64,000 nucleotides of DNA from NCBI GenBank assembly GCA_021159365.1, contig JAGGRY010000036.1:4840-68839 (forward strand). Direction: 5' to 3'. The notes beneath the pieces are model-generated. The model made no database searches. It worked only from the letters and a program-made list of their open reading frames with translations, and was not told the origin of the DNA. Each line of letters begins with the position of its first letter. The stretch's first letter is position 1. Shown piece after piece: positions 63,726-64,000 of the stretch. The DNA comes from Nitrososphaerota archaeon. Lineage in GTDB: Archaea; Thermoproteota; Nitrososphaeria_A; Caldarchaeales; Wolframiiraptoraceae. A program made the translations under genes and the position numbers.

Positions 63726-64000
63726 TTAGCCTCTCAGCCCGAAGACAAGCTTCGTCTCTCCCAGCATCTTTAATGGCATCTCCCTAACTTTCACAACTAT
63801 CGGTAGATCATTCACTATTCTCCCGATCATTAGACAGTGTCGAGGTGGAAGAGCTTTAGCTATAAGCTTCACGGTGTCTGAGTCTATTCTCGCGGTCTTT
63901 GAGATGTAATTTAAATCCGATTCATTTGTGAAGTTGAATAGGAATATGTTATCCGCTTGCCTATAGATCGTCTCTGGAATCGTATCGGGTTGATTCGTTA
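63726..64000 (-). CDS. C-terminal fragment of a HerA/FtsK-type (DUF87-like) P-loop ATPase (truncated by window edge)
   Basis: Own translation of the minus strand: ...TIYRQADNIFLFNFTNESDLNYISKTARIDSDTVKLIAKALPPRHCLMIGRIVNDLPIVVKVREMPLKMLGETKLVFGLRG-stop (TAA, complement of 63726-63728). It resembles the C-terminal sensor/arginine region of HerA-like ATPases. Tentative. Confidence 0.4.
   Translation of the reverse strand, partial: TNQPDTIPETIYRQADNIFLFNFTNESDLNYISKTARIDSDTVKLIAKALPPRHCLMIGRIVNDLPIVVKVREMPLKMLGETKLVFGLRG

Noticed and set aside
63527-63787. 86-aa + strand ORF in the cdvB upstream region
   Set aside because: It has a low-complexity Ser/Leu-rich translation and a TTG-type start. 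Its 3' end overlaps the stop-proximal part of a better-supported minus-strand ATPase fragment.
1-64000. CRISPR arrays, rRNA genes, IS elements and long tandem repeats
   Set aside because: Reading the intergenic regions showed no regularly spaced direct repeats, no rRNA-like conserved segments and no transposase-like ORFs. A computational repeat scan would be needed to exclude short or degenerate arrays.

Overview
This is a densely coded archaeal chromosomal window with about 85 protein genes and 4 tRNAs. I saw no rRNA, CRISPR array, transposase or integrase. The gene content points to a TACK/Thermoproteota-type archaeon: glycerol-1-phosphate dehydrogenase, CDP-archaeol synthase, Cdv (ESCRT-III/Vps4) division genes, TFS, Rpo4/Rpo11, EndA, Dph2, Csl4, r-proteins S10/S17e/L10e/L21e, and a fused-operon thiolase/HMG-CoA synthase/DUF35.

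Housekeeping genes include ArgRS, LeuRS, GlyRS, three tRNA-Arg isoacceptors and one tRNA-Thr. There are also the t6A genes cgi121 and sua5, the repair nucleases EndoQ, EndoV, RNase HI and a DUF123 GIY-YIG protein, and lipid and glycan genes.

The most notable locus is 47.1-50.3 kb. It is a complete eukaryote-type ubiquitin cassette: a JAMM/Rpn11-like protease, divergent from Ub(-GG), E2, E1 and a small RING. The gene order matches what I recall for Candidatus Caldiarchaeum subterraneum. About 1.3 kb downstream lies a second, membrane-anchored RING paralogue. Two coiled-coil genes sit between the two RING genes.

The second notable locus is 17.4-21.0 kb, a conserved but functionally unassigned cluster. 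It contains a DUF134 regulator, three aromatic/Pro/Gly-rich low-complexity proteins (one about 20% Trp), a NifX-like domain, and two MinD-type ATPases with ferredoxin inserts. A palindromic operator candidate sits in its promoter.

Other points:
- An Urm1-like -HGG protein is translationally packed between rps17e and cgi121.
- A tRNA-flanked pair encodes a multi-Zn-ribbon protein and a double-HTH protein.
- Several promoter palindromes look like operator candidates.

All calls rest on manual reading of the ORF translations and the DNA. No database search was run, and family names come from motif recognition and memory.
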